The translations under genes and the position numbers were made by a program. This document shows, one piece after another, positions 1 through 9,420 of a DNA stretch of 64,000 bases. The number at the start of each line of letters is the position of its first letter. Positions within the stretch are counted from its first letter, which is position 1. A model generated the notes under the pieces. It did not search any database, had not been told where the DNA came from, and saw only the letters and a list, made by a program, of their open reading frames with translations. Origin of the DNA: a virus. The stretch lies in IMG/VR virus record IMGVR_UViG_3300024339_000005. One strand, 5' to 3'.

Positions 1-27
1 ACCGAACCTGGCTGCGTCTGTCCATTC

Positions 28-600
28 TCAGGCATCAGCGAACACCGCTGCGGCTTTATCAACTATCTCATCAAGGTACTTTACGTCCAGGATGTTGATA
101 ATGCGCTTGCTGTCATTTAGGGCCAGTTCATAGTCGTATGATGAAATTGATTTTCTGTCTGTTGCTATCAATGCGGTGTAGGTCGCAAGGTCCACAGTGA
201 CCACGATTTCGGGGATATGGGTACCTAGAGCGTTCCAACTTTCTTGTTGGATAATCTGTTCATAATGGTGTACTCCTGACTTAGCAAGAGCAATCGAACC
301 ATATTTTGATATCAAAAATTTGATAAAGTTCTGTTGTGACAGTGGCCAGTCATAATTTACGTCATAAATGTTGTTTAACATCATGATCACCCAATCATAG
401 TCAGAGCTACCGTAGTACTTATGGGCGATAATGTCTGGTCTATCACCATCCTTGATGTTGTACTGGTAGATTTCCGTTACACGTTTGTCAACGACGAGTC
501 GCACAATGAACCTACGAAGGATATCGGTCGCCTCTTTAGTAACGGTGTTGCCACTGATATCATAGGTCGCTTTAGGAAAGATTGAAAAATAATTTGACAT
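28..600 (-). CDS. gp53: baseplate wedge subunit, T4 gp53-like (LysM-type)
   Basis: MSNYF start, GDRPDIIAHKYYG motif, DWPLSQ, C-terminal N..KR.I.IL; next to gp48 and gp4 homologs. Confidence 0.88.
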   Translation of the reverse strand: MSNYFSIFPKATYDISGNTVTKEATDILRRFIVRLVVDKRVTEIYQYNIKDGDRPDIIAHKYYGSSDYDWVIMMLNNIYDVNYDWPLSQQNFIKFLISKYGSIALAKSGVHHYEQIIQQESWNALGTHIPEIVVTVDLATYTALIATDRKSISSYDYELALNDSKRIINILDVKYLDEIVDKAAAVFADA

Positions 601-1586
601 TAGAACCTCGTATTTGTTCTTTCATTTACAGCAAGTTGGCGACCAATAGATTTAGCGTTATCTTTTTGAAACGCTTCCTCCACCTGCTCTGAAGTATAGA
701 CCAACCCCTGAGCCTGGCTTTCACTCATTATTTTCTCGCGTGTAATGATTTCGATCTCTTTGAATGACATTTCAATCTTGACGTTCACAGGTGCGTTTGT
801 TCTCTCAAAGAATGTCGGTATGCCCTGACCATTAAAGGAAGCAGAGAACCCTGTCATCACGCAATTGGTGAAGTCGTATAGGTATGGGCGAATGTTGTCA
901 GAGAATTGCAGACCCCATTGGTAAGGGAATGTGAATGTATTTCCGCCATGAGCCAATCCTGGGTGCATAGCGTACTTGCAAATGTAGATGATATCCTTCA
1001 ATGCTTTGGACTCTTGTGGTGTCTTGGCAATGAAATCATAAGAGAATGAATGCGTTCTGAAGCCAACACCCTGGAATAGTGAAGCAAGGTGTGGATTTAC
1101 AGCCATACCCTTTGAAATAGAAGCAGCCTCATGGGCTTTGATACCCACAGCATCACCCAATGATTGAACGATATTCGATACCAGTCTGGGCATAGAACCC
1201 TTCAGTGCGCCTGCGATATCCGTTTTGACCAATGATTCTAATGCACCACCACCCTCACCAGCAAGGGCTTGCTCAAGTGCATTACCAATCGCTGGGTCAT
1301 CTATCATATGGTTAGCGATAGTACCCAATTCTACATCACCATGGCTTGCATTATAAGCAGCGGTTACGTTTGCAGGAACAGGCAATCTGATAGTGGCTAC
1401 CGTAGGGGCTGTTGACGAAACTTTTCTATTAGCCTTGTCATATTTAAGGACGCGAAATATTAGACCATGATTGTCATTACCGTAATCATCGGAATTGAGA
1501 GGAAACTTGACGTTGGGTTTAATACCCGCTTCGGCTTCAAGTTTTTCAAGTGGGTTACTGGCATTGGCTGAAGGTGATATAGACAT
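600..1586 (-). CDS. gp48: baseplate tail-tube cap, T4 gp48-like
   Basis: NPHLASLFQGVGFRTHSFSYDF..KTPQES and MSFKEIEIITRE motifs; synteny. Confidence 0.8.
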   Translation of the reverse strand: MSISPSANASNPLEKLEAEAGIKPNVKFPLNSDDYGNDNHGLIFRVLKYDKANRKVSSTAPTVATIRLPVPANVTAAYNASHGDVELGTIANHMIDDPAIGNALEQALAGEGGGALESLVKTDIAGALKGSMPRLVSNIVQSLGDAVGIKAHEAASISKGMAVNPHLASLFQGVGFRTHSFSYDFIAKTPQESKALKDIIYICKYAMHPGLAHGGNTFTFPYQWGLQFSDNIRPYLYDFTNCVMTGFSASFNGQGIPTFFERTNAPVNVKIEMSFKEIEIITREKIMSESQAQGLVYTSEQVEEAFQKDNAKSIGRQLAVNERTNTRF

Positions 1587-1613
1587 TTTTATTCCTTAGG
1601 GTTCTTTCATAAC

Positions 1614-1621
1614 TATTTATA
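1614..1621 (-). promoter_or_regulatory. T4-type late promoter TATAAATA
   Basis: exact TATAAATA on minus strand upstream of gp48. Confidence 0.75.
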
Positions 1622-1630
1622 CATATACGC

Positions 1631-2080
1631 ATGGCTTATGGAAAAACACACAAGGGTAAATTTAGACCCAAGAACCCGAACAAATACGTTGGTAATCCCG
1701 ACAATATCGTTTTCAGATCGGGCTGGGAACGCCAGGTGATGAAACAATTTGACGAGAGGATCGATGTACTTCAATGGGCATCAGAGGAGTTAGCCGTACG
1801 GTATTTTTCTCCTGTTGACAAGAAGGTGCATAGATACTTCCCCGATTTTATCATCAAAGCAAGACAAGCAAATGGTTCGACCAAGATGATAATGGTCGAG
1901 GTAAAGCCGTACGATCAAACGATGGCTCCTAAGAAGGGCAAGCGCAAGACGAGTAGGTACCTAAACGAGGTCAAAACCTACGCAGTCAATGAGGCTAAAT
2001 GGAAAGCCGCTGTTGAATATTGTGAAGACCATGGTTGGGAATTCGTAATCATGCATGAACGAAATACCAGATTTATATGA
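1631..2080 (+). CDS. gp4: head completion nuclease, T4 gp4-like (TnsA-like PD-(D/E)XK)
   Basis: GKFRPKNPNKYVG, RSGWE, WASEE, HRYFPDF, VEVKP, VNEAKWKAA. Confidence 0.93.
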   Translation: MAYGKTHKGKFRPKNPNKYVGNPDNIVFRSGWERQVMKQFDERIDVLQWASEELAVRYFSPVDKKVHRYFPDFIIKARQANGSTKMIMVEVKPYDQTMAPKKGKRKTSRYLNEVKTYAVNEAKWKAAVEYCEDHGWEFVIMHERNTRFI

Positions 2081-2081
2081 T

Positions 2082-2156
2082 GCTATATGTACCCTTATAA
2101 TGGTACATATAAACGCAGATCATCGCTATATGTACCCTTATAATGGTACATATAAA
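2082..2156. repeat. two direct copies of a 32-bp palindromic element
   Basis: GCTATATGTACCCTTATAATGGTACATATAAA at 2082-2113 and 2125-2156; each contains the inverted repeat TATATGTACC/GGTACATATA. Confidence 0.9.
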
Positions 2157-2183
2157 TCGAACAGCACACGCCATGAGTATATG

Positions 2184-2191
2184 TATAAATA
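2184..2191 (+). promoter_or_regulatory. T4-type late promoter TATAAATA
   Basis: exact match upstream of gp2. Confidence 0.8.
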
Positions 2192-2215
2192 GAAGACAGG
2201 AAAAGGAATAAAACT

Positions 2216-2803
2216 ATCGCCTACATATTTGACGAGATTTTGCTGAAGGGTGTTCGGTCTGGTAAGATGCCAGCACGTAACCAACAGTCGCGGGACTGGT
2301 TCAGAAACAAAGCAAAAACCACAGGTGTGTCTGATACCAAACTTATGCGTGAGGCAACAAGAGACAGACTCCGCACACGGGTTGCCATGGGCAATATGTA
2401 CCTATTCCAATACGACGCAAAACACAAGAAAACCCTGCCATATTTTGATAGGTTCCCATTGATCTTTCCTTTCGCTAAAGCCCCAGGTGGATTTCTAGGA
2501 ATGAACCTACATTATCTACCCTATCGTCAAAGAGCCATCCTTATGGACGCCCTTTACGAAACGGCTAATAATGACCGTTATGATGAATCGACAAAATTGA
2601 GATTATCATATGATGTATTGAATGGTGCGTCCAGATTCAAGTGGTTCCTCCCCACGGTTCATCACTACCTAACACCACACGTAAGAAGCAGATTTTTGTA
2701 TATCGCGCCGTCTGAATGGGATATTGCTTTGTTTCTCAATGTGCAGAATTTCGGTGGGGCCAACAGGCGCACAGTATGGTCAGACTCAAGGAAAATGGTA
2801 TAA
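2216..2803 (+). CDS. gp2: DNA end protector protein, T4 gp2-like (start uncertain: ATC 2216 or TTG 2240)
   Basis: G.MYLFQYDAKHKKTLPYFDRFPLIF, GFLGMNLHYLP, EWDIALFL, VWSDS. Confidence 0.9.
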   Translation: MAYIFDEILLKGVRSGKMPARNQQSRDWFRNKAKTTGVSDTKLMREATRDRLRTRVAMGNMYLFQYDAKHKKTLPYFDRFPLIFPFAKAPGGFLGMNLHYLPYRQRAILMDALYETANNDRYDESTKLRLSYDVLNGASRFKWFLPTVHHYLTPHVRSRFLYIAPSEWDIALFLNVQNFGGANRRTVWSDSRKMV

Positions 2804-3534
2804 TGGCTTTCGACATAAACGAATTCGTTGGTTCAGTCAACACAGGTGGTGTGGCTAAGAAATCTCATTTTGATGTTGAGATAAACTTGCAAGATATCAC
2901 CAACACCAGACGTATTCAAAGATTCGATGCAAGAGGCTTTGCCCGAAACTTATCACTCCGCTGTGAAACAGCCGAACTTCCTGGTATTCAGATAGCAACA
3001 GCCGAGCAGAAAATCTATGGTCCACTACAAAAGATGGCCTATGCCGGCATGTATACAGATACCAGCTTTTCGTTTTTGGTTTCATCCAATATGCGAGAGA
3101 AGGTATTCTTTGATGATTGGGCGCGGTCAATAGTTGGTAGTCAGCAATTCGCAGGCTCATCATATAACGTCGGCTACTTCAAAGACTATTCGACTACGGT
3201 TGATATTCACCAATACGACACAACGGGTAAAATAACCTACAGTGTTAGACTGTTCGACGCATTCCCAACCACAGTAGCACCCATTGCTTTGGATCGAAGC
3301 AGTAACGATATTCACCGATTGAACGTCACAATGACCTATCGCTGGTGGACCTCTATGAACTGGGCTGACTCACAACTTAAAACTGGTGCTGACCACAGCA
3401 ACTGGTTCCGCAGAAATTCGGCTACTCTCGGCGCCCTTGCTGGCGTTGTATCTGCAAAACTACCTCCTAGACTGGTACAAGGGCTTGGCGCAGCAGGCAA
3501 ACTACCAAGCATAGGGCGAAACATTTTTAGTTAA
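2803..3534 (+). CDS. gp54: baseplate tail-tube initiator, T4 gp54/gp19-like
   Basis: MAFDINEF start overlapping the gp2 stop; LRCETAELPG, FFDDW, LFDAFPT, LNVTMTYRWW. Confidence 0.75.
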   Translation: MAFDINEFVGSVNTGGVAKKSHFDVEINLQDITNTRRIQRFDARGFARNLSLRCETAELPGIQIATAEQKIYGPLQKMAYAGMYTDTSFSFLVSSNMREKVFFDDWARSIVGSQQFAGSSYNVGYFKDYSTTVDIHQYDTTGKITYSVRLFDAFPTTVAPIALDRSSNDIHRLNVTMTYRWWTSMNWADSQLKTGADHSNWFRRNSATLGALAGVVSAKLPPRLVQGLGAAGKLPSIGRNIFS

Positions 3535-3549
3535 TGACAAGGAATTATT

Positions 3550-4269
3550 ATGGCATTACCATTACTTACTACCCCAACATTTGAATTGACACAACCATCG
3601 ACAGGCAACACCATTGAATACCGCCCGTTCCTAGTGAAAGAAGAAAAGAACCTTCTTATCGCCAGAGAGGGTGAAGACGAGGGTGAAATTACCCGGGCTG
3701 TTAAGAACATCATTCGTGATTGCGTCCTTTCCCCAATAGATACCGAGACTCTACCATCATTCGATATCGAATACATCTTTCTTCATATCCGTGGCAAATC
3801 CGTGGGCGAGGAGATAGAACTTCAGTACCAACACACCGATGGCAAGAATGATATGGGCATAGAATGCAAGCATGTTCAAAACGTGGTTGTCAATGTGAAC
3901 GAAATCCTATGCACACCACTAGAAGGTCATACCAAGAAGATTGACTTGGGTGGTGATATCATCATGGTCATGAAATACCCGACCATGAAAGAAGTTGAAA
4001 ACGCCCAGAAGAAAAAGTCAGAGGTTGATTCACTCTTTTCGCTTATTTCAGCATGTGTTGAAAGTGTGTTCCAGGGTGAAACTCCATTCGAATTTGATGA
4101 GGCTGAAATGTCTGACTGGTTAGAAACTATGTCCAACATGCAATTCGAAAAGATTCAGAAATTCTTTGAAACAATGCCCAAGGTCCGGCACACCATCAAA
4201 TACTCATGTGGTGGATGTAAAATGGAAACAGAGATCGACCTTGAAGGACTTGCAGGGTTTTTTACATAA
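3550..4269 (+). CDS. gp26: baseplate hub assembly protein, T4 gp26-like
   Basis: MALP..TP.FEL..PSTG..I.YRPFLVKEEK, FDIEYIFL.IRGKSVGE, FFETMPK, C-terminal CxxC and LEGL.GFF. Confidence 0.92.
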   Translation: MALPLLTTPTFELTQPSTGNTIEYRPFLVKEEKNLLIAREGEDEGEITRAVKNIIRDCVLSPIDTETLPSFDIEYIFLHIRGKSVGEEIELQYQHTDGKNDMGIECKHVQNVVVNVNEILCTPLEGHTKKIDLGGDIIMVMKYPTMKEVENAQKKKSEVDSLFSLISACVESVFQGETPFEFDEAEMSDWLETMSNMQFEKIQKFFETMPKVRHTIKYSCGGCKMETEIDLEGLAGFFT

Positions 4270-4445
4270 GCCTCTCGCACGACAATCTGATAAACCACTA
4301 TCAGACCAATTTCGCAATGATGCAGCACCACAAATACTCTTTGACGGAATTGGAAGGGATGATACCGTTTGAGAGGCAGATATATGTGCAAATGCTTATG
4401 AATTTTCTTGAAGAAGAAGCGGAACGGCACAACAAAAAATCATAA
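4260..4445 (+). CDS. gp51: gp51-like baseplate hub assembly catalyst, in the -1 frame relative to gp26 (first ATG at 4317)
   Basis: hand translation FYISLSHDNLINHYQTNFAMMQHHKYSLTELEGMIPFERQIYVQML..., typical of T4-like gp51; absent from the ORF track. Confidence 0.8.
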   Translation, partial: FYISLSHDNLINHYQTNFAMMQHHKYSLTELEGMIPFERQIYVQMLMNFLEEEAERHNKKS

Positions 4446-4453
4446 ATAGTTGT

Positions 4454-4705
4454 ATGACTGACACTGAAAAAACACCGACAGATAATGATGAAAAATCTAC
4501 CGTGATAAAGAATAAAAATAAAAGAAGAATGGCCTGGGTGTCATTAATTTCCATTCTTATAGTGACTGGATTAATGATGTTTGCTGTCCCTATAGAACGA
4601 TTAGATAAATTGAGTGACGTTGTGACTTGGTTCTATATGTCTATGGCTACAGTCATTGGTGCTTACATGGGAGCCAGTGTATATGCCCATGTTAAAGGGA
4701 AATAA
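4454..4705 (+). CDS. small two-TM membrane protein, possible holin
   Basis: basic stretch followed by two hydrophobic helices; CATAAATA late-promoter-like site at 4441-4448. Confidence 0.5.
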   Translation: MTDTEKTPTDNDEKSTVIKNKNKRRMAWVSLISILIVTGLMMFAVPIERLDKLSDVVTWFYMSMATVIGAYMGASVYAHVKGK

Positions 4706-5270
4706 TAAAACCTTCTTTGCGTAATTTTTCTATGGTGTAATTCTTTACCTTTTTACCTATTGACTTCGATGCGGCATTCATACTAACGTAAACAATGCCA
4801 TCAATAGTTATAGATTTACTTTTGGGTGAAGATAATTGCCTGGTTTTTTTACCAGCGGCGTCCATAGGACCTAGTTTTTTACCCTTACTCCATGGTACAT
4901 AATTTTCCTTTTTCTTTCTCATTATTTCAATATTTTCTGGTGTATGTTTCTTACCATAGAAATGGTTGTCTTTTCCAGCAAGGGCTCCTGGGCCACCTAG
5001 TCTCATATTATAAGTGTTTGGGTTATCCACATATTCTTGGTCAACTATTCTCTGTTCTTCTTCAACAAGGCTTTTTCTATCAATATGAATTGAAATGATT
5101 TCTTTTAGGAAATTCTCTTTTCCGTATTTTTTTATCGCTTGTTTGATGGCTATACCAGACCCCATGTAACGATTATCACTCACAGGTGATGAAGAATTCG
5201 CGGTTGATCTTCTGCCGATATATTCTTTATTATTTGTTGTGTTGGTTATCTTATAAATATAGTGTAACAT
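4692..5270 (-). mobile_element. free-standing GIY-YIG homing endonuclease (Seg-like, NUMOD3)
   Basis: YIYKITN..NNKEYIG, YMGSG..IK.AIKKYGKENF.KEI, YNM, NHFYGKKHT; late promoter TATAAATA at 5300-5307 (minus); AT-rich and antisense to neighbours. Confidence 0.88.
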
Positions 5271-5345
5271 GAAAACCCCTTGGACTTGATATATGCAAGT
5301 ATTTATAAAAATCAATAGTTTCACAACATGGGCTGGTAAGAAATA

Positions 5346-7304
5346 ATGGCACTACCTACACTTCAGGAAGCAGGCGATAAAGCGTCGTCTGGTATATCTA
5401 TTGGACTATTAGCAGCCACAATGGCAGCAACAGGCGGTAAGTCTCCTCTTGCAATGGGCGCGGCTGGACTCGCTGGCAAAGGTATAGGCGCCGGTATTGG
5501 TGCATTGACAGGTGGTAGAAAGCCTGGACCAGAAGGAACGACCGAGGCTGTCGATGAATTGGCCGAAAATGTCGAGCAAGTAAATGTAAATGTGACAGAC
5601 CCCAAGAAGGGTATCTTTACCGAGATCAAGGATGTTCTGTTAGACATAGCCGATATCCTTGGTGGAAAAAAGAAAGACGGTGGCTCACCTGCTAAGACAG
5701 GAATGGCTAAATTAGCTGCCCGTGAAAAAGAATTAGAGGCTCAAAGAGCAGCCAAGAGTGGTGTTGAAAAAGCTGGTCCTGGCCCATCCCTTAAAGATCC
5801 AAAATCAATGTTGGGTGCATTAGCCCTCGCAGCCCTTGCATTTGTTCAGGGCTTCATTGGTGGATTTATCAGATCAACAAAAAGTATTCTCAATAGCATA
5901 GCAGCATTTTTCAAGGCTGACGTTCTATGGGCCAAGATGTTACCAATATTCAAAGGCATGAAAGCCAATGTTCTGTTGGCGTTTACCTCTGTCTTAGAAA
6001 GTGTCAAGTTGTGGGGTGCCGGACTGAAAGAAAGTAAATTCGGTATCGCTATTGCTGAATCTCTTACAGCCATCAAAACCAGCGTCAAGACATTTTTCAC
6101 CTCGATATCAACCACAGCAAAAGCATTTGCAACAGGAATGAAAGAGAGTGCTTTCGGGACCGCCATTGCAGAACTTATCACAAGCGCGAAAACCTCAATA
6201 ACAACGGGCATCACCGCTGTGAAGACTGCGTTGGCTGAAAGTGGTATCGGTAAATATTTCATCCAGATTGGTACTGATATCAAATCTCTTGCTGCGCCAC
6301 TTGAAAAACTATTTGCACCACTGAAATCATTCTTTGCTGTTGGTGAAGAATCAAAGGGTCTGACAAGCATACTTGCTAAGATAGTCAAACCATTCAAGAC
6401 CGCTATGGCGTGGGGTAAAACCATCGCCACAGAGGTAGGCGCATGGGCAAAAACATTTTCCAAAGTCACCGCTTGGTTCAAAACTTTCGGCGCTGTTCTT
6501 GGTAAACTTGCATGGCCATTGACCATCGTCATGGGCATATGGGATTCTGTCACTGGATTTATAGACGGTTACGAAAAGGGTGGTGCGTCTGAAGGCATCA
6601 AACAAGGGCTCATCAAACTCCTTCAGGGACTTATTGCTTTACCACTTGACCTGGTGAAATCTCTTGTTTCATGGATCGCTGGCAAAATGGGATTTGAAGA
6701 AGCCGAAAAATCCCTTGATAGTTTCTCTTTCGCTGACCTCATGGATGATATGGTAACCGGATTCTTCCGCTTTGTGGAAGATATGATCTTTGGCATTGTT
6801 GAAATGATAAAGACCTTCGACCCATCTGATTTCATAACGGGCGACAGTTTCCTAGCCAAGAAGTCCAGAGAATTCTTTGGTAAAAATAAGGAAGACAAAG
6901 CACACGACGAAAAGGTATTCGAGGTAGCCAGACAGAGAATTGACGCAAAGCGTGCCAAAGAAGATAAAGCTAAAGGTGTGGTACGGGCTTCAGTAAAAGC
7001 AGCCAAAATCGCTGAAAGTGAAGCAGCAACTTCATCAACCCCAGAAGGTAGTCTTCTACCCAAAATGAGTACGGCAAGTGCCCAGATGGCACCAAATGCC
7101 ACGGCTCAAGGGAAAACGATCAACCAGACTTCTAATGATAATCGTGCAGCCGCATCAAGTGCCGCTGCCAATGTGATTGTCTCCGCACCCGTAAGTTCCA
7201 AGTCTAGCACCGTGGCCGCTCAAACATCGAATTACACAATGACCAACACCACTATTGATTCGGGTGAATCATCAATCGGTAGAGTCAATCATCACAAATG
7301 GTAA
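5346..7304 (+). CDS. tape-measure/baseplate hub protein (gp29-like position)
   Basis: 652 aa, Ala/Gly/Lys-rich amphipathic helical repeats, TM-like segments, downstream of gp26/gp51. Confidence 0.65.
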   Translation: MALPTLQEAGDKASSGISIGLLAATMAATGGKSPLAMGAAGLAGKGIGAGIGALTGGRKPGPEGTTEAVDELAENVEQVNVNVTDPKKGIFTEIKDVLLDIADILGGKKKDGGSPAKTGMAKLAAREKELEAQRAAKSGVEKAGPGPSLKDPKSMLGALALAALAFVQGFIGGFIRSTKSILNSIAAFFKADVLWAKMLPIFKGMKANVLLAFTSVLESVKLWGAGLKESKFGIAIAESLTAIKTSVKTFFTSISTTAKAFATGMKESAFGTAIAELITSAKTSITTGITAVKTALAESGIGKYFIQIGTDIKSLAAPLEKLFAPLKSFFAVGEESKGLTSILAKIVKPFKTAMAWGKTIATEVGAWAKTFSKVTAWFKTFGAVLGKLAWPLTIVMGIWDSVTGFIDGYEKGGASEGIKQGLIKLLQGLIALPLDLVKSLVSWIAGKMGFEEAEKSLDSFSFADLMDDMVTGFFRFVEDMIFGIVEMIKTFDPSDFITGDSFLAKKSREFFGKNKEDKAHDEKVFEVARQRIDAKRAKEDKAKGVVRASVKAAKIAESEAATSSTPEGSLLPKMSTASAQMAPNATAQGKTINQTSNDNRAAASSAAANVIVSAPVSSKSSTVAAQTSNYTMTNTTIDSGESSIGRVNHHKW

Positions 7305-7305
7305 T

Positions 7306-7334
7306 AAAAAAGGGCACCCCGAAGGGTGCCCCTT
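7306..7334. terminator. intrinsic terminator between convergent genes
   Basis: GGGCACCC-CGAA-GGGTGCCC stem with an A-run (U-tail on minus strand). Confidence 0.85.
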
Positions 7335-7357
7335 AGTTCGATTGAAAACCCTAACAA

Positions 7358-8278
7358 TCAATCGTCAGCCGCCAAGCCCTTGAAAAAGGACATATCATCA
7401 TCATCGGCACTGGATTCTGCCAGTGAGTCTGCCTCGGCTGTAGGCGCAGACGTTTCTTCTTTCGCCCAAGGGAGATCTTCCTCCTGGGCTTCTTGTGCAG
7501 GAGCCGGTGCAACACCAGCAACATTACCAAGAACCTTATCCATGCGAGTCTTTTGCTCATCAAAGGATTTGTAGTTTTCAGGCGCAACAAATTCTGCGAG
7601 AGAATGTTGGCTGTTGTAGATAGCCTCCAATGCGTCATCGTCTTCACTCAAAGCCGCAGCCTTGGCAAATGTTGACTTGTCGAAATTTCTCCAACCTTCA
7701 ACTTTACGAATCTTCATTTTGAAGTCAGCACCAGTCCACAAGTTAAATGGATCGATGGCTTCCTCGTCGTCAAACTCTGGATACATCATATCATTGAGTT
7801 TGTCAAAAATCTTTTTACCATACTTGTAAAGAAAGACTTTGCCTTCGTTATCGGGATTGCCAGGATCTTTGACCACATAAATGTTACTCATGTAGTTCAT
7901 CTTACGCTTACGGCCGGGGCTACCCTCGGTACCACTTACGATAGACCTGTTGGCGGGAATGTCGCTGTTCCATAGAACACCGTTGGCTTCACAAACCGGG
8001 CAATCTTTGCCGATGGTTGTAAGGCAATTATCAATGAACCAACCGCCTGGTCCTTTGAAACCGTGAGAGAACAATTGTACCCATGGTGCTACTTCGCCCT
8101 CAGACTTAGGCAGGAACCGAATCACTGCGGCACCATTACCTGCTTTATCAACAGTTGGTTGCCACATACGGTCGTCTTTATTTGAGGAGCCTTTTGAATC
8201 GAACTTCTTGGCTTGTTCGATAGTATCCGCAAGAGATTTCTTACGGTTCTTCTTCATTGCTGCAAATGACATTATCAT
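7358..8278 (-). CDS. gp32: single-stranded DNA-binding protein
   Basis: DDRMWQP..DKAGNG.AVIRFLP, HGFKGPGGWFIDNCLTT, CPVC, NEGKVFLYKYGKKIFDK, acidic tail. Confidence 0.96.
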   Translation of the reverse strand: MIMSFAAMKKNRKKSLADTIEQAKKFDSKGSSNKDDRMWQPTVDKAGNGAAVIRFLPKSEGEVAPWVQLFSHGFKGPGGWFIDNCLTTIGKDCPVCEANGVLWNSDIPANRSIVSGTEGSPGRKRKMNYMSNIYVVKDPGNPDNEGKVFLYKYGKKIFDKLNDMMYPEFDDEEAIDPFNLWTGADFKMKIRKVEGWRNFDKSTFAKAAALSEDDDALEAIYNSQHSLAEFVAPENYKSFDEQKTRMDKVLGNVAGVAPAPAQEAQEEDLPWAKEETSAPTAEADSLAESSADDDDMSFFKGLAADD

Positions 8279-8377
8279 TTCCTTTTCGCTGTTTTCGATT
8301 TATACGCTTATTTCGCTTTGGTACGCTTTTACTATTATTGATCATAACATGAATACTTCGTTATGTCAACACTTTAT

Positions 8378-8968
8378 TTAGTTGTTTTCTACAAGTATCT
8401 CACGAATTATTTTCATATACTTGGGTTTCTCTACCGATAGAAATGGTCGGTACTTTTCGATGGTCTTTTTGATATCGGGCCAAACGTAGTCATCCATTGA
8501 TTCATCCCAACGGGTCATGAACGAGGCGCAGTGGTCAAGAATAATAAGGGTCTCAAGTGACAGCGAACCTTGTTGATAGGCTTTGAAGGCAAGTGGCTCC
8601 GCACCCTCAAACAACTCGCTATAAACGCCTGTCGATTCAAAAAGGTCTGTCACCTCTTGCTTGAACATATAACCCATCGACTCAATTCGTTTTTGCCATT
8701 GAGTATAGGCTTCTTCAGCCGCAGGACCAACGAGGTCACCAGACCACTTGATGCCAGGGCGAGAACTAAAATTGGCTACCAGGTAATCAATAAGATGATC
8801 ACCATGATTACGAGATAACTTGACATAATTCCATTTGTCCTTTTTCGTCTCAAGGTCACCAGCCTTGGTCTTGCCATGATACTTGAAATAATCATAACTT
8901 GTTGTGAAATGAAGTTTCACCGCTTGAAAGGTAACCAGGGCTTCTTCTGGGCTCATAGAGTTTTCCAT
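8378..8968 (-). CDS. gp59: helicase loader
   Basis: AVKLHFTT.YDYFKYHGK, YLVANF, SLETLIILD, KYRPFL; upstream of gp32. Confidence 0.9.
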   Translation of the reverse strand: MENSMSPEEALVTFQAVKLHFTTSYDYFKYHGKTKAGDLETKKDKWNYVKLSRNHGDHLIDYLVANFSSRPGIKWSGDLVGPAAEEAYTQWQKRIESMGYMFKQEVTDLFESTGVYSELFEGAEPLAFKAYQQGSLSLETLIILDHCASFMTRWDESMDDYVWPDIKKTIEKYRPFLSVEKPKYMKIIREILVENN

Positions 8969-9420
8969 CCTGAATTATAGCCGCGAGAAATAATATTGTG
9001 GTGTTCTGTATCAAACTGATTTGCAAAGTATCCCACAGGCTCGGTACTCGTTTGTAATTGCCAGGCTGCCGCCGCATCATACAAAGCCAATTCAAAATCT
9101 GGTGGAATTTGTGTCGATACTTGTAAATGGGAAATCATCATGTTTTCAGAAATCTTGGGTATGTTGATAACAGTTACCCCGGCATCATGCCCGACCAACA
9201 AATGACCCTTACAGACATTCAGAGAAACATTTTCTGAATCATCCCAATAACCTTCAATAACATGTTGTTGGCGTTCCCAGGGGCCGTCGGCATCCTTTTG
9301 CATCCACGAAATCCATATTTTACCTTCTTCTGTGGCTGCAAGGGAGTCCATAGCGGGGAGTAGCGCAGCGGCAACCGTAGCGCCGAATAGTTTAGCAAAA
9401 CCTCGTCTGGTGATATTCAT
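8953..9420 (-). CDS. hypothetical protein with twin-arginine (Tat) signal
   Basis: TRRGFAKLFGATVAAALLP...SLA N-terminus. Confidence 0.6.
   Translation of the reverse strand: MNITRRGFAKLFGATVAAALLPAMDSLAATEEGKIWISWMQKDADGPWERQQHVIEGYWDDSENVSLNVCKGHLLVGHDAGVTVINIPKISENMMISHLQVSTQIPPDFELALYDAAAAWQLQTSTEPVGYFANQFDTEHHNIISRGYNSGWKTL

Noticed and set aside
5363-7102. Long antisense ORFs opposite the tape-measure-like gene
   Set aside because: Shadow ORFs caused by codon bias; no RBS, promoter or recognisable motifs.
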